From a bacterium (GTDB lineage Bacteria; Bacteroidota; Bacteroidia; Bacteroidales; Bacteroidaceae), in contig CAVHWE010000001.1 in the NCBI GenBank assembly GCA_963639495.1, positions 4,704-68,703 of the forward strand: a stretch of DNA of 64,000 nucleotides. Direction: 5' to 3'. A program made the position numbers and the translations under genes. Below are positions 20,810-31,816 of this stretch, piece after piece (positions within the stretch are counted from its first letter, which is position 1; every line of letters begins with the position of its first letter). A model generated the notes under the pieces. It did not search any database. It worked only from the letters and a program-made list of their open reading frames with translations, and had not been told where the DNA came from.

Positions 20810-22090
20810 ATGAGAAAGCTTTTTTTAGCAACCCTATTGTTGGGGTCAGCCCTTATGGTTAATGCCCAAAGTGGTACTAATTCGCCATACAGCCAGTATG
20901 GTCTTGGCATCTTGTCAGACCAGACTTCTGGTTTTAATCGCGGTATGAATGGAGTCGGTCTTGGCTTTCATGAGCATAATCAGGTAAACTATCTCAACCC
21001 TGCATCTTATGCTTCGATTGATTCGATGACTTTCATCCTTGATGCCGGTATCTCTGGTCAGGTGACAAATTTTGAAGAGAATGGTGTGAAGAAGAATGCC
21101 AACAACTCAAATTTTGAGTATGTTGTTGCAGGCTTCCGCTTGCTGCCACATGTAGGTATGAGCTTCGGTATCATTCCTTTTACCAATGTGGGCTATAATT
21201 ATTCTGCATCAGAATGGGTGAATGCTGACAAGGAAGCTTACTATACTAATACCTATTCCGGCGATGGTGGTTTGCATCAGGCATACATCGGTGCGGGTTG
21301 GCAACCGGTAAAGGGCTTAGCCGTAGGTGCCAACTTCTCATATCTCTGGGGTAGTATAGACAGGAGTGTATCAAACAGCTACAGCAATTCTTATTACAAG
21401 ACCCTCACCCGCTACTATTCTATGCAGGTGAACAGCTATAAGGTTGATTTCGGTGTACAGTATACCCATCAGTTCTCAAAGAAAGATTGGGCTACCGTAG
21501 GTGTTACCTTCTCACCAGGACATGGTTTGGGAGCTTCTGCTGATATGAAAATCATTTCTAATGATACCCAGAACGGTGTTACCGATACTACCGCTTACTC
21601 TATTGACAAAGCTTATAAGTTGCCTACCATGATTGGTGCGGGTGTGATGTGGAATCATAACAACCAGTGGAAGGTTGGCTTTGATTACAGTCTGCAGAAG
21701 TGGGGTAGCTTGGGTTATCCTAGTTTCGATGGAACCAACTACGCCTTGAAAAATGGTATCTACAAGGATAGAAGCAAGTTCAATCTCGGTGCCCAGTATT
21801 GCTATGGAGAGCGCAGCCGTGCTTTCTTCAAGCGTGTTCAGTATCGTGTAGGTGCCAGCTACGCCACACCTTATTATAAGATGAATGGTGTTGATGGTCC
21901 GAAGGAAATCTCTGTAAGTGCCGGTTTCGGTATTCCTATCATGAACTCTTACAACAACCGCTCTATGCTGAATATCAGCGGTCAGTGGGTGAAGAGTTCG
22001 GCTAAGGATCTGATTAAGGAAAATTCTTTCCGTATCAATATCGGATTCACATTCAACGAGGATTGGTTTAAGAAGTGGAAGATGGATTAA
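20810..22090 (+). CDS. Outer-membrane beta-barrel protein (FadL/long-chain fatty acid transporter-like)
   Basis: Signal peptide; NSPYSQYGLG, NPASY; alternating beta-strand pattern; C-terminal FNEDWF. Confidence 0.75.
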   Translation: MRKLFLATLLLGSALMVNAQSGTNSPYSQYGLGILSDQTSGFNRGMNGVGLGFHEHNQVNYLNPASYASIDSMTFILDAGISGQVTNFEENGVKKNANNSNFEYVVAGFRLLPHVGMSFGIIPFTNVGYNYSASEWVNADKEAYYTNTYSGDGGLHQAYIGAGWQPVKGLAVGANFSYLWGSIDRSVSNSYSNSYYKTLTRYYSMQVNSYKVDFGVQYTHQFSKKDWATVGVTFSPGHGLGASADMKIISNDTQNGVTDTTAYSIDKAYKLPTMIGAGVMWNHNNQWKVGFDYSLQKWGSLGYPSFDGTNYALKNGIYKDRSKFNLGAQYCYGERSRAFFKRVQYRVGASYATPYYKMNGVDGPKEISVSAGFGIPIMNSYNNRSMLNISGQWVKSSAKDLIKENSFRINIGFTFNEDWFKKWKMD

Positions 22091-22099
22091 TCTTCCGCT

Positions 22100-22144
22100 T
22101 ATATATAATAATGTATAGAATCTATATATAATAATGTATAGAAT
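22100..22144. repeat. 23-bp tandem duplication overlapping the lptC start
   Basis: TATATATAATAATGTATAGAAT(C) x2. Confidence 0.85.
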
Positions 22145-22799
22145 AAAAGGCTCTTATGTTGTCGGTATCCTGATGTTCCTGATTTTGGCTGGTTGCCAGA
22201 ACCAGGTAGAACATACTGCGCCCGCCATCCGTCCGCAAGACTCGGTGGCGATGATGACGTCGTATGGTGTAAATACATTGGTAAGCGACTCGGGAGTTAT
22301 GAAATATCGCATCGTAACAGAACGGTGGGAGGTGAATACCAGCAAGAATCCATCTTTGTGGATCTTTGATAAGGGACTTTTGCTGGAGCAGTTTGATGAG
22401 AAATTCCATATTAATAGTTATATCCAGTGTGATACAGCTTATTATTATGATCAGCAGAAGATATGGAAACTTTATGGTAGGGTGAGTATCCTGACCAAAG
22501 ATGGTTTGCGCTTCAATAGTGAGCAACTTACCTGGGACCAGAATAAGCACGAATTGTCAAGTAACGTATTCAGTAAACTTGTTACTCCTGAAAGAACGCT
22601 ACAGGGTTCTCATTTCTGGAGTGATGAAAAGATGACGCGCTATTATGTGAGCAATTCGAAGGGTAGCTTTGAAAAGGGAGACCTGACAGGAGGTGGTGGT
22701 GGTGCCGATACTTTGAGCAGCCAGCCTGATTCTGTCAAGAATAACTTCCGTCAGCCGGCTACACCAGTCAGAGCCACTACGATTCCTATCATGCACTAA
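22134..22799 (+). CDS. lptC: LPS export protein LptC
   Basis: Lipoprotein signal LAGC; TLVSDSG, CDTAYY, SEQLTWD beta-jellyroll pattern of Bacteroidetes LptC. Confidence 0.8.
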   Translation: MYRIKGSYVVGILMFLILAGCQNQVEHTAPAIRPQDSVAMMTSYGVNTLVSDSGVMKYRIVTERWEVNTSKNPSLWIFDKGLLLEQFDEKFHINSYIQCDTAYYYDQQKIWKLYGRVSILTKDGLRFNSEQLTWDQNKHELSSNVFSKLVTPERTLQGSHFWSDEKMTRYYVSNSKGSFEKGDLTGGGGGADTLSSQPDSVKNNFRQPATPVRATTIPIMH

Positions 22800-22818
22800 T
22801 TAAAAAGAAAAAGATATA

Positions 22819-24090
22819 ATGAATGAACAGGTGGATATGAGTTTAGTCGTAGGCATTCTCATTACGATGGTCTTCTCAGCATTCTTCAGCGGAATGGAGA
22901 TTGCCTTCGTCTCTTCCAACCGTATGTTGGCGGAGATGGATAAGGAGAAAAACGGCCTTACGCAACGACTGTTATCTTTGTTTTATAATCATCCGAATGG
23001 CTTTGTCAGTACCATGCTCGTGGGCAACAATATAGCCCTTGTAGTTTATGGTATCCTGATAGCCCGTCTTTTCGACAATACGATTTTCGCAGGTTTTGAT
23101 GCAGCCTTTACGGTGCCTGCAGATACCATTCTGTCTACGCTGATAGTACTCTTTACAGGTGAGTTTCTGCCAAAGACGCTTTTCAAGTCTAATCCGAACC
23201 GCTTGCTTTCTATCTTCAGTCCGATAGCTTATCTGTGCTATGTGGTATTGTGGCCTATCAGCAAGTTCAGTACTTTTTTGAGTAAGTGCCTGCTGCGTCT
23301 GGTAGGTATGAAGATGGATACTGAGGGGGCGGATGAAGGCTTTTCTAAGGTAGACCTTGATTATCTTGTGCAGTCAAGTATCGATAACGCTACCAATGAA
23401 GATGAAATTAATGATGAGGTGAAGATATTCCAGAATGCCCTTGATTTCTCCGATACTAAAGTACGCGACTGTATGGTGCCCCGTACTGAGATTCAGGCTG
23501 TTGAAATGGATACTTCTCTCGAAGAACTGCAGCAGAAATTCATAGAGAGTGGTAATTCGAAAATCATTGTATATGAAGAGGATATAGACCATATTGCGGG
23601 ATATATTCACAGTTCCGAACTGTTCCATCATCCTTCACGTTGGCAGGATCATATCCGTACACTTCCTTTTGTGCCGGAAACGATGCAGGCACAGAAACTG
23701 ATGCAGACTTTTTTGCAGCAGAAGAAGTCTTTAGGTATCGTTGTAGATGAGTTTGGCGGTACCAGCGGTTTGGTGAGTCTGGAAGATATCGTGGAGGAAA
23801 TCTTCGGTGATATAGAAGATGAGCACGATTCAGCCAAGTATGTGGCCAAGAAAACCGATGATGGTGACTATCTCCTTTCTGCACGACTGGAGATTGATAA
23901 GGTGAACGATATGTTTGGTCTTGAACTGCCGGAAAGTGATGAATATATGACTGTAGGTGGTTTAATTCTGCATGAATATCAGAGTTTTCCTAAACTCAAT
24001 GAGGTGATCAAGTTTGATAACTTCGAGTTCAAGATTATCAAGTCAACATCCCGTAAAATAGAGCTTGTTAAACTCCACATCATCAAATAG
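22819..24090 (+). CDS. Hemolysin/CorC-HlyC family (CNNM + CBS + CorC) transporter
   Basis: SAFFSGMEIAF, GEFLPK, MVPRTEI, VVDEFGGTSG, EDIVEEIFGDIEDEHD. Confidence 0.92.
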   Translation: MNEQVDMSLVVGILITMVFSAFFSGMEIAFVSSNRMLAEMDKEKNGLTQRLLSLFYNHPNGFVSTMLVGNNIALVVYGILIARLFDNTIFAGFDAAFTVPADTILSTLIVLFTGEFLPKTLFKSNPNRLLSIFSPIAYLCYVVLWPISKFSTFLSKCLLRLVGMKMDTEGADEGFSKVDLDYLVQSSIDNATNEDEINDEVKIFQNALDFSDTKVRDCMVPRTEIQAVEMDTSLEELQQKFIESGNSKIIVYEEDIDHIAGYIHSSELFHHPSRWQDHIRTLPFVPETMQAQKLMQTFLQQKKSLGIVVDEFGGTSGLVSLEDIVEEIFGDIEDEHDSAKYVAKKTDDGDYLLSARLEIDKVNDMFGLELPESDEYMTVGGLILHEYQSFPKLNEVIKFDNFEFKIIKSTSRKIELVKLHIIK

Positions 24091-24097
24091 CTGAGTT

Positions 24098-24164
24098 AGA
24101 AAAGGGAATTTTTTGCTTTTTTTGAGGTAATAGTCAAAAAAGATAGCAAAAAATTCCCTTTTCT
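24098..24164. terminator. Long inverted repeat, probable terminator
   Basis: AGAAAAGGGAATTTTTTGCT...AGCAAAAAATTCCCTTTTCT. Confidence 0.65.
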
Positions 24165-24266
24165 CGTATTATTTTTGTATTTTTGCAGACAATTGGCTAC
24201 TAGCATCAAAAGTGGTTCAATCTAAACTTAGGAAAAAATAAAAATAATAATAATAATTAAAACGTA

Positions 24267-26417
24267 ATGGCAGCATTAGGAACAATTAGAAAAAGAGGCG
24301 TGATACTGGTTTGTATCATCAGTTTCGGCCTTTTCGCCTTTATTGCCGAGGAAGCTTTCCGCTCTTGCGATTCAGCAAAGAATAATGAGCGCCAGCAGAT
24401 TGGTGAGGTTTTGGGCGAAAAAATCAGCGTGCAGGATTTCCAGAAGCTCGTTGATGAGTATTCAGAAGTTATTAAAATGCAACAGGGTCAGGAAAATCTT
24501 CCTGAAGAGCAGATGAATCAGGTGAAGGACATGGTATGGAATACCTACATCCAGAACCAGATTATCGCTAAGGAAGCTAGCAAGTTGGGTCTCACTGTGA
24601 CCGACGAAGAGCTTCAGGACATCTTGAAGACAGGTACTAACCCTATGCTTCAGCAGACTCCTTTCGTTAATCAGCAGACTGGTCGTTTCGACGCATCTTC
24701 TCTCCAGAAGTTCTTGGCAGACTACAAGGCACAGAAGGCTAACCCATCTGCTAACGCACAGATGATGGATCAGTATACCAAGATTTACAACTACTGGTCA
24801 TTCATCGAGAAGACTCTTCGTCAGCAGACTTTGGCTCAGAAGTATCAGGCTCTTCTCGCCGGTTGCTTCCTGTCAAACCCTGTAGAGGCAAAGATGGCTT
24901 TCAAGGAGGAGAATGAAGAGAGCCAGATTCAGTTGGCTGCTTTCCCTTACTCTGACATCCAGGATGATAAGGTGAAGATTTCTGAAAGCGATCTGAAGGC
25001 TAAGTATGATGAAATCAAGGCACGCTTCAAGCAGCCTGTTGAGAGCCGCGACATCAAGTTCGTTGATATCGAGGTTCAGGCTTCAAATGCTGACCGTGCT
25101 GCTCTTAACAAGGAATTTGCAGGTTATCACTCACAGTTGGCTGCTGCAGCAGATCCTACTGAGGTTGTTCGTAAGTCTGCTTCTACTGTAGCTTACCTCG
25201 GTATTCCTGTTTCAAAAGATGCTTTCCCACGTGATATCGCTGCTCAGCTCGATTCTATGGCTGTAGGTTCTACTTCTGCTGTAAAGGCTAATGCAGGTGA
25301 CAATACATTGAACATCGTTAAGTTGGTATCTAAGCAGGAATTGCCAGATTCTGTACAGTATCGTGTTATTCAGGTTGCTGCAAACTCAGTAGCTGAAGCT
25401 AAGACTAAGGCAGATTCTATTCAGGGTGCTCTTGCCGGTGGTGCTGATTTCGAGGCTATTGCTAAGAAGTATGGTCAGACTGGTGACAAGGCTTGGATGA
25501 CTACTAAGCAGTATGAGTATGCTCAGTCTATGGATAAGGACAATAAGACATTCATCAATACATTGAACACTGCAGCTGTTAATTCTTTGAACCAGCTTCA
25601 GTTGGGTCAGGGTTATGTAGTTCTTCAGGTCCTCGACCGCAAGGCAATGGTAAGCAAGTATACTGCTGCCGTTATCAAGAAGCCTATCGACTTCTCTCAG
25701 GGTACTTACCGTACAGCTTACAACAAGTTCTCTAGCTTCGTAAGTGCTAATCCTAAGTCAGAGGATCTCTTGAAGAATGCAGCTAAGGAAGGTTACAAGG
25801 TTCAGGACTTGAAGGATATTACAACTTCTGTTCACTATGTAGCAAACATCCATTCTACCCGTGAGGCTCTGAAGTGGATCTTCGATAGCAAGGAAGGCGA
25901 GATTTCTCCTCTCTATGAGTGTGGTGATAACAACCACCTGTTAGTTGTAGTTCTTGATAAGATTCATCGCATCGGTTATCGTGATTTGAACGATGCTGTT
26001 GTCAAGGAGACTGTTAAGGCTGAGGTTATCAAAGACAAGAAGGCTGAGATGATTGAGGCTAAGTTGAATGGTGTTAAGAACATCGCAGCTGCTAAGGCAA
26101 AGGGTGGTAAGGTTTCTTCTGTAAACCAGATTACTTTCGCTGCTCCTGTATTCATCGCAGCTACTGGTGCTAGCGAGCCTGCTCTCTCTGGTGCTGTTGC
26201 AGGTACTAAGAAGGGTGCTTTCTCTGCTCATGCTGTGAAGGGTAACGCTGGTGTTTATCTCTTCCAGGTTACTAACAAGACTAACCGTCCTGTTAAGTTC
26301 GATGACAAGACATACGAGCAGAAGTGCCGTCAGAAGGCTATGCAGTATGCAGGTAACTTCATGAATGAGCTTTATCTGAACGCTCATGTAGTTGATAACC
26401 GCTACTTGTTCTTCTAA
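24267..26417 (+). CDS. PpiD/SurA-N-domain periplasmic chaperone (peptidylprolyl isomerase family)
   Basis: N-terminal anchor MAALGTIRKR..LFAF; SurA-N-like helical region; rotamase-like ADFEAIAKKY; C-terminal VVDNRYLFF. Confidence 0.85.
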   Translation: MAALGTIRKRGVILVCIISFGLFAFIAEEAFRSCDSAKNNERQQIGEVLGEKISVQDFQKLVDEYSEVIKMQQGQENLPEEQMNQVKDMVWNTYIQNQIIAKEASKLGLTVTDEELQDILKTGTNPMLQQTPFVNQQTGRFDASSLQKFLADYKAQKANPSANAQMMDQYTKIYNYWSFIEKTLRQQTLAQKYQALLAGCFLSNPVEAKMAFKEENEESQIQLAAFPYSDIQDDKVKISESDLKAKYDEIKARFKQPVESRDIKFVDIEVQASNADRAALNKEFAGYHSQLAAAADPTEVVRKSASTVAYLGIPVSKDAFPRDIAAQLDSMAVGSTSAVKANAGDNTLNIVKLVSKQELPDSVQYRVIQVAANSVAEAKTKADSIQGALAGGADFEAIAKKYGQTGDKAWMTTKQYEYAQSMDKDNKTFINTLNTAAVNSLNQLQLGQGYVVLQVLDRKAMVSKYTAAVIKKPIDFSQGTYRTAYNKFSSFVSANPKSEDLLKNAAKEGYKVQDLKDITTSVHYVANIHSTREALKWIFDSKEGEISPLYECGDNNHLLVVVLDKIHRIGYRDLNDAVVKETVKAEVIKDKKAEMIEAKLNGVKNIAAAKAKGGKVSSVNQITFAAPVFIAATGASEPALSGAVAGTKKGAFSAHAVKGNAGVYLFQVTNKTNRPVKFDDKTYEQKCRQKAMQYAGNFMNELYLNAHVVDNRYLFF

Positions 26418-26437
26418 TTCAGACTAGTAAATTCATT

Positions 26438-26493
26438 CCAATAAATAAAAAAGGTGTATTGCCAATGAGCAATACACCTTTTTTATTTATTGG
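26438..26493. terminator. Bidirectional intrinsic terminator
   Basis: CCAATAAATAAAAAAGGTGTATTGC...GCAATACACCTTTTTTATTTATTGG between convergent genes. Confidence 0.9.
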
Positions 26494-26549
26494 GATATCT
26501 TTTATTGTATCTATTATGATATCTTTTGGAGAAATATCTTCTTTATCTG

Positions 26550-26978
26550 TTATCTGCGGCTCCACCAATGTTTCTTTTTGGGAGCTTCCTGCTGTTCGCC
26601 GAACTTCTGTTTCAGTACTCTGCGATAACTGGTATGGTTGGTGATAATCTGATAAATCTCCCCCCAATCAGGCAAACCGCCGATACCTCGGTCGTCAATG
26701 AACCAGTCGGCTTTGAGCTTGCGGGAGAAGTGGTTATTGTTCTCCAGACTCTCTTCAGGATAATCCTTGTTTACAGCCCAGAATTCAACTCCTCTTTCTC
26801 TACACCATTCTACTGCCTCGTCCAGGAGTTTTCCTTCGCGTACGCTCCATAGAATAAGCTTGTGGTGGTCTCTAATCAACATCTTTAATGTTTCTGTGGC
26901 GAAAGGTAGCTCTGTACCAATCTTCGGGTACTCGTGGGTTACGATTGTACCATCAAAATCTACTGCAATTGTTGCCAT
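26550..26978 (-). CDS. BT0820-family HAD-type phosphatase
   Basis: IAVDFDGT motif I, WSVR, SRKLKADWFIDDR. Confidence 0.85.
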   Translation of the reverse strand: MATIAVDFDGTIVTHEYPKIGTELPFATETLKMLIRDHHKLILWSVREGKLLDEAVEWCRERGVEFWAVNKDYPEESLENNNHFSRKLKADWFIDDRGIGGLPDWGEIYQIITNHTSYRRVLKQKFGEQQEAPKKKHWWSRR

Positions 26979-27002
26979 ATAGTCTTAATGTTTTTAAAAT
27001 CT

Positions 27003-27038
27003 AAAAGAGTCTTCCTATCTGGATAGAAAGACTCTTTT
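27003..27038. terminator. Hairpin downstream of wzc
   Basis: AAAAGAGTCTT...AAGACTCTTTT. Confidence 0.7.
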
Positions 27039-27061
27039 CTTTGTTGTATGTATGTTCTTGA

Positions 27062-29605
27062 TTACTTCTTGATACTGTTGTCGTTTGCATTGCCATAGTG
27101 GCTGTTGCTATAGTTGCCATAGCTGCCATACTGGCCGTAAGTTCCATATTTGCCATATTTACCATATGATCCATAAGAACCATAGTTGCCATATTTACCA
27201 TATTTGCCGTACTTACCAACACCATAATAGAAGCTGTGCTTCTTCTTAGAGAGGTCGACACCATTGAGTACTAAGCACATGTTAGGCAATTTATTCTCGG
27301 CTTTCAAACCATTGATCATGCCGAAACTAGCCTTTGGAGTATAATCTGCGCGGCAGACGTATACACAGAGATTAGCCAGACGTCCAAGCTGCAAACTGTC
27401 GTTTACAAGACCTACAGGAGCCGTATCGAGGATAACATAGTCGTAATGTTCCTTCAACTGACTGATAATGTCGTCAAGGCTTGCTCTGGTTACTAACTCT
27501 CCTGGGTTAGGAGGAACAGGACCAGCCATAAGGAGGTCGAGTTTACTGTTGATACCCGAAGAGAGAATCTGTTTCTGAATGTCATCCCATGTATTATGGT
27601 CGTGTATAATCAGATTGGTGATACCATTATGGTGGTTGTCAATCTCGAAGAGCTCTGCCAGACGTGGCTTGCGGATATCCAGACCTACCATGATAACCTT
27701 CTTGCCCAGCAAGGCGAGCGAGATACCGATATTGGATGCCACGAATGTTTTACCTTCACCTGATGTAGAAGAGGTAAACATCATCACCTTCTCACCTTCT
27801 TTCAGCATAAACTGAATATTGGTACGCAGGCCACGGAAAATCTCCTCCATCAGGTTGTTTACATTCTGGTGAACCACAATGTCAGCCTTTCCTTCCTTCT
27901 TGGCAGCGTCGCTTGCCACAGGAATATCGGCAATGACAGGTATCTGAGTGAGTTTCATCACGTCTTCATGTCCCTCAATCTTGTACTTGAAGAATTCTCT
28001 CAGGAAGAGGATGCCGGCAGGGATTGCAATACCCAGTACCAGTGCTATCAGCATAATGATCGGATTCTTAGGACTAACCTTTCCTTCCAATGAAGGAGCA
28101 TCGATAACCTTACCCTTGTCTGCCGTTGCTGCTAGCGAAATGGAGTTTTCCTCACGTTTCTGAAGAAGCATCAGGTAAAGACCAGATTTTACTTCCTGCT
28201 GGCGACCAATCTGTGTAAGAACTCGCTCTTGCTCTGGCGAGTTACCTATTTGGTTGGCATACATGGCAGCTTGTTTGGCAATGCTGTTACGCTGGATTTC
28301 CATACCTAGCTTAGCTTGTCTCATGGCACGTTTGATAGATGTTGTGAGTGCATCCAACTGTGCGGTCAGAGGAGTTATTGTAGGAGAAGTCTCGCTGGCT
28401 GCATGCAAGGCGTTGTTGCGATCCAGGGCTATTTTGTTGTACTGGTTGATGAGTTCTGTTGAACTTTCATCAGTCAAACCTACGTTGGATGGGATTGGCT
28501 GATATCTGTTGCCAGGTTCGTTCATGTATTTGCCAAGCTCATTCAGAAGTTCAACCTGTGTGTTAGCCTCCTGGAGTTTCTGGGCGTATGTGTCTGAGTT
28601 AGCGATGGCAGCTGTTGCGTTGAGCTTCATCTCTACAACATTGTTACGCTTCTTGTAGCTTTCGAGCTGGCCTTCTGTATTGCCCAGTTCGTTGTTGATC
28701 TTCTCCAGACGCTGGTTGATGAACTGTTCTGTGCGGAAAGAAATTTCATTCTTGTCCTCGTTGGCCTGGCGGTTATAAACATTTACCAGAGTTCTCAGAT
28801 AGTCGATGCTGCGCTGAGGATCTTCATCTTTCATCACCAGTTCGGCTATGGTTGTAGTCTTTGAAGTCTGGCTGACAGTCAGTGCTTTTGTATAGCCCTT
28901 AGCCGCCATTTCTGGTGACACGATAATCACCTTCAGGCTCTCACCGTCTTTTAATGCGTATTTGCCGTTCTGAGTGAAGCGGAGGGTTCCTACACGTGTA
29001 TTGATGCTTGCTGGCAAACCAGCTAAAGTCTTTTCAATCTTTACAGGATCCTTCTGATAGGAAAAGGCATCTACAGGTATGTAGTATGAACCTGTTACCT
29101 GATACTGGCTGCCAGTTTTCTCTATAAGAAGCTTGATAGGAGCATTCAGCTTCTTGAGATGAGCCAGGTCTAAGTCAACGCTGACCTCCTGCTCTTTGTA
29201 GACTAACTGATCCCTGAAGGTTCCTTTATGGTAATAGTTCACGTAGCATTTCATGTCTACTACAGCCTGGTTAGCCAAGTCTTGAGCCGAAAGAATTTCA
29301 ATCTCATTGTCTATACCGTTTGAGTTTGAAATAAAACCGAGGTTTGCAGCATTTTGAATCATGCTGTTACCCATTCCTCTGTTCTTTCTCTGGTCATCAT
29401 CCTTTATCAGTACCTTAGCGGTTGCCTGGTATTGCGGTCTTGCATGGCGTATGTAGAGATATCCCAATCCCAAACATACAATGAGTGATAGAACGAACCA
29501 TTTCCAGTTGAGGATAAGAGTAGAATAAATCAGCTGGAAGTCAATAGATGACTTTTCTTCCTGCTCTTGATCACGTCCTAAATCAAAGTTCTTTGTTTCT
29601 TCCAT
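27062..29605 (-). CDS. wzc: Polysaccharide co-polymerase/tyrosine autokinase (Wzc/GumC)
   Basis: Two TM helices, Walker A SGEGKT, LDIRKP, ILDTAP, C-terminal Tyr-Gly cluster. Confidence 0.92.
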   Translation of the reverse strand: MEETKNFDLGRDQEQEEKSSIDFQLIYSTLILNWKWFVLSLIVCLGLGYLYIRHARPQYQATAKVLIKDDDQRKNRGMGNSMIQNAANLGFISNSNGIDNEIEILSAQDLANQAVVDMKCYVNYYHKGTFRDQLVYKEQEVSVDLDLAHLKKLNAPIKLLIEKTGSQYQVTGSYYIPVDAFSYQKDPVKIEKTLAGLPASINTRVGTLRFTQNGKYALKDGESLKVIIVSPEMAAKGYTKALTVSQTSKTTTIAELVMKDEDPQRSIDYLRTLVNVYNRQANEDKNEISFRTEQFINQRLEKINNELGNTEGQLESYKKRNNVVEMKLNATAAIANSDTYAQKLQEANTQVELLNELGKYMNEPGNRYQPIPSNVGLTDESSTELINQYNKIALDRNNALHAASETSPTITPLTAQLDALTTSIKRAMRQAKLGMEIQRNSIAKQAAMYANQIGNSPEQERVLTQIGRQQEVKSGLYLMLLQKREENSISLAATADKGKVIDAPSLEGKVSPKNPIIMLIALVLGIAIPAGILFLREFFKYKIEGHEDVMKLTQIPVIADIPVASDAAKKEGKADIVVHQNVNNLMEEIFRGLRTNIQFMLKEGEKVMMFTSSTSGEGKTFVASNIGISLALLGKKVIMVGLDIRKPRLAELFEIDNHHNGITNLIIHDHNTWDDIQKQILSSGINSKLDLLMAGPVPPNPGELVTRASLDDIISQLKEHYDYVILDTAPVGLVNDSLQLGRLANLCVYVCRADYTPKASFGMINGLKAENKLPNMCLVLNGVDLSKKKHSFYYGVGKYGKYGKYGNYGSYGSYGKYGKYGTYGQYGSYGNYSNSHYGNANDNSIKK

Positions 29606-29669
29606 TATTTTATATTCTATTGTGTTTACTCCTTTTTATATTCGTATAAGATAAATGATAGAATCTGTG

Positions 29670-30545
29670 CTATCTGCTTGCCGCAAGTTCTTTCAGGTAC
29701 TGTCCGTAACCGTTTTTGAGCATTGGTTGGGCAAGTTTCAGCAACTGTTCCTTATCAATCCATCCTTGTTTGAATGCGATTTCTTCCAGACATGCCACTT
29801 TCAGACCTTGTCTCTTTTCGATGACTTCTATAAAGGTACTTGCTTCCGAAAGACTGTCGTGGGTGCCAGTGTCAAGCCAGGCAAAACCGCGCTGTAAGGT
29901 TCTTACCTTCAGTGTTTTTTCTGTCAGATAGTGCTGGTTTACTGTCGTTATCTCCAGTTCCCCTCTAGCGCTAGGCTTGATGTTCTTTGCCACATCCACC
30001 ACGCTGTTAGGATAGAAATAGAGTCCTACAACAGCATAGTTGCTCTTAGGCTTTTCAGGTTTCTCTTCGATGCTCAGGCAGTTGCCGTTTTCATCAAACT
30101 CAGCCACACCATATCTCTCTGGGTCGTTGACATAATAGCCAAATACGCTTGCCACCCCTTCTTCTGCAGCTTTCACGCTATCCTTGAGTAAACCGGTAAA
30201 ACCGGCTCCATAGAAAATGTTGTCACCCAAAACCAGACAGGCTGTATCATTACCGATAAACTTCTCGCCAATGATGAAGGCTTGAGCCAGACCATCGGGT
30301 GATGGCTGTTCTGCATATTCGAAGTGTACACCCAATTCGCTGCCGTCGCCTAACAGACGTTTGAAACCAGGCAAGTCGAATGGGGTAGATATAATCAAAA
30401 TCTCCTTGATTCCAGCCAACATTAGCACGGAAACAGGGTAGTATATCATTGGCTTATCAAAAATTGGTATCAATTGCTTACTGATACCTTTGGTAATAGG
30501 GTAAAGTCTTGTACCCGAACCTCCCGCTAATACGATTCCTTTCAT
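29670..30545 (-). CDS. rfbA: Glucose-1-phosphate thymidylyltransferase
   Basis: [38 protein letters not shown]. Confidence 0.97.
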   Translation of the reverse strand: MKGIVLAGGSGTRLYPITKGISKQLIPIFDKPMIYYPVSVLMLAGIKEILIISTPFDLPGFKRLLGDGSELGVHFEYAEQPSPDGLAQAFIIGEKFIGNDTACLVLGDNIFYGAGFTGLLKDSVKAAEEGVASVFGYYVNDPERYGVAEFDENGNCLSIEEKPEKPKSNYAVVGLYFYPNSVVDVAKNIKPSARGELEITTVNQHYLTEKTLKVRTLQRGFAWLDTGTHDSLSEASTFIEVIEKRQGLKVACLEEIAFKQGWIDKEQLLKLAQPMLKNGYGQYLKELAASR

Positions 30546-30772
30546 ATCTTCTCTATTTCTAATATAATAAAGTTGGATAGTCTTATCTTAAAAACGCGGC
30601 AAAGTTACTAAAAAAAGTTGAATGAGTGAAATCATAAGCCATAAAAATGCATTTTTTGATAAAAAAAGCACCTTTTTATATAAAAAACGTCGCTTTGATT
30701 TGGGTATTTACTGATTTTATTGTATTTTTGCAGAACAATTTAAATAGATATAGAAAATAAAATAATAAAGGA

Positions 30773-31423
30773 ATGGGAATTTTTGCTAAACTATTCGGTC
30801 GTAAGGACGACGATAAAAAGGTAGGTGGAATGGAAGATTACATGACCTTGGTCCGTGTATACTTTCAGGCTGCACTTGCTTCTCAGTTAGGTATCACCAA
30901 TTTGGCCATGTTGCCAGACTTGCGTGTCTTCAAGACAAGTCTGCATGTTCCGACGGTCAACAACCGTCTGGGTATTGGTGAAAAGGCACAGGTGAAGAAA
31001 ATGATGAAGAATATCTATGATACGGATGATGCCTTCTTCAAGGAAATAGATTCCAGTATCCGTAAGAACTGCCACAAACTGCAGGATGTCAATGTATATC
31101 TCATCCAGTTCCAAAACTTTACGCAGGATCTGATGATGCTGATGGGCAATCTGATGAAGTTTAAACTCCGTTTGCCTAGCTTCATGAAGAATTCGCTATA
31201 TAAGATGACTGCTAAAACGGTAGAAGATATCTTTACCAAGAACGATTTCTCTGATGCCAGTGTGCTGAAAACCGTGCTTCAGTTGCGCCAGTTCAACAAG
31301 CGCTTGGCATTCAGCCAGCAATGGGTAACCGACTTTACCTTCCAGGTATTGATGCTTGCCAAAAAAGAGCCACGTCCATCAGATGAAGACGTAGAAAAGG
31401 CAAAGCAGAAGATGGGAAAGTAA
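30773..31423 (+). CDS. Conserved hypothetical protein
   Basis: 216-aa ORF with host-like codon usage and an upstream TAnnTTTG element. Confidence 0.75.
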   Translation: MGIFAKLFGRKDDDKKVGGMEDYMTLVRVYFQAALASQLGITNLAMLPDLRVFKTSLHVPTVNNRLGIGEKAQVKKMMKNIYDTDDAFFKEIDSSIRKNCHKLQDVNVYLIQFQNFTQDLMMLMGNLMKFKLRLPSFMKNSLYKMTAKTVEDIFTKNDFSDASVLKTVLQLRQFNKRLAFSQQWVTDFTFQVLMLAKKEPRPSDEDVEKAKQKMGK

Positions 31424-31511
31424 CAAATGTTGCGCCCAAAATGAAAAAAAATAGCAGAATATTTGTTTTATTCAAATAATTCTCTTAAATTTGTAGCCAA
31501 AAATAATAGTC

Positions 31512-31805
31512 ATGAGTGCAAATGAGAAAACAATTAATACGTTTGCCACAAGAGTAAGGCAGATGATTCTTAAGTTTGACGAGGTCAAGCAGGAGAATGC
31601 TGAACTCTATGCGATGGTGGATGAGCGCGATGCCAAAATTAAGGCATTGGAGGAAAAGTTGGCTCAAGCGCAGAGTGATTACGACAGCTTGAAGATGGCA
31701 AAGATGATGACGATTTCTGACAATGATATGGAAGCTACTCAGAAGCGCATCGCCAAGCTCATCAGAGATGTCAATAAGTGTATCACACTATTGGGTGAAA
31801 AGTAA
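31512..31805 (+). CDS. Coiled-coil protein, ZapB-like
   Basis: 97-aa coiled coil immediately upstream of zapA. Confidence 0.65.
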   Translation: MSANEKTINTFATRVRQMILKFDEVKQENAELYAMVDERDAKIKALEEKLAQAQSDYDSLKMAKMMTISDNDMEATQKRIAKLIRDVNKCITLLGEK

Positions 31806-31816
31806 AAATCGGAACG

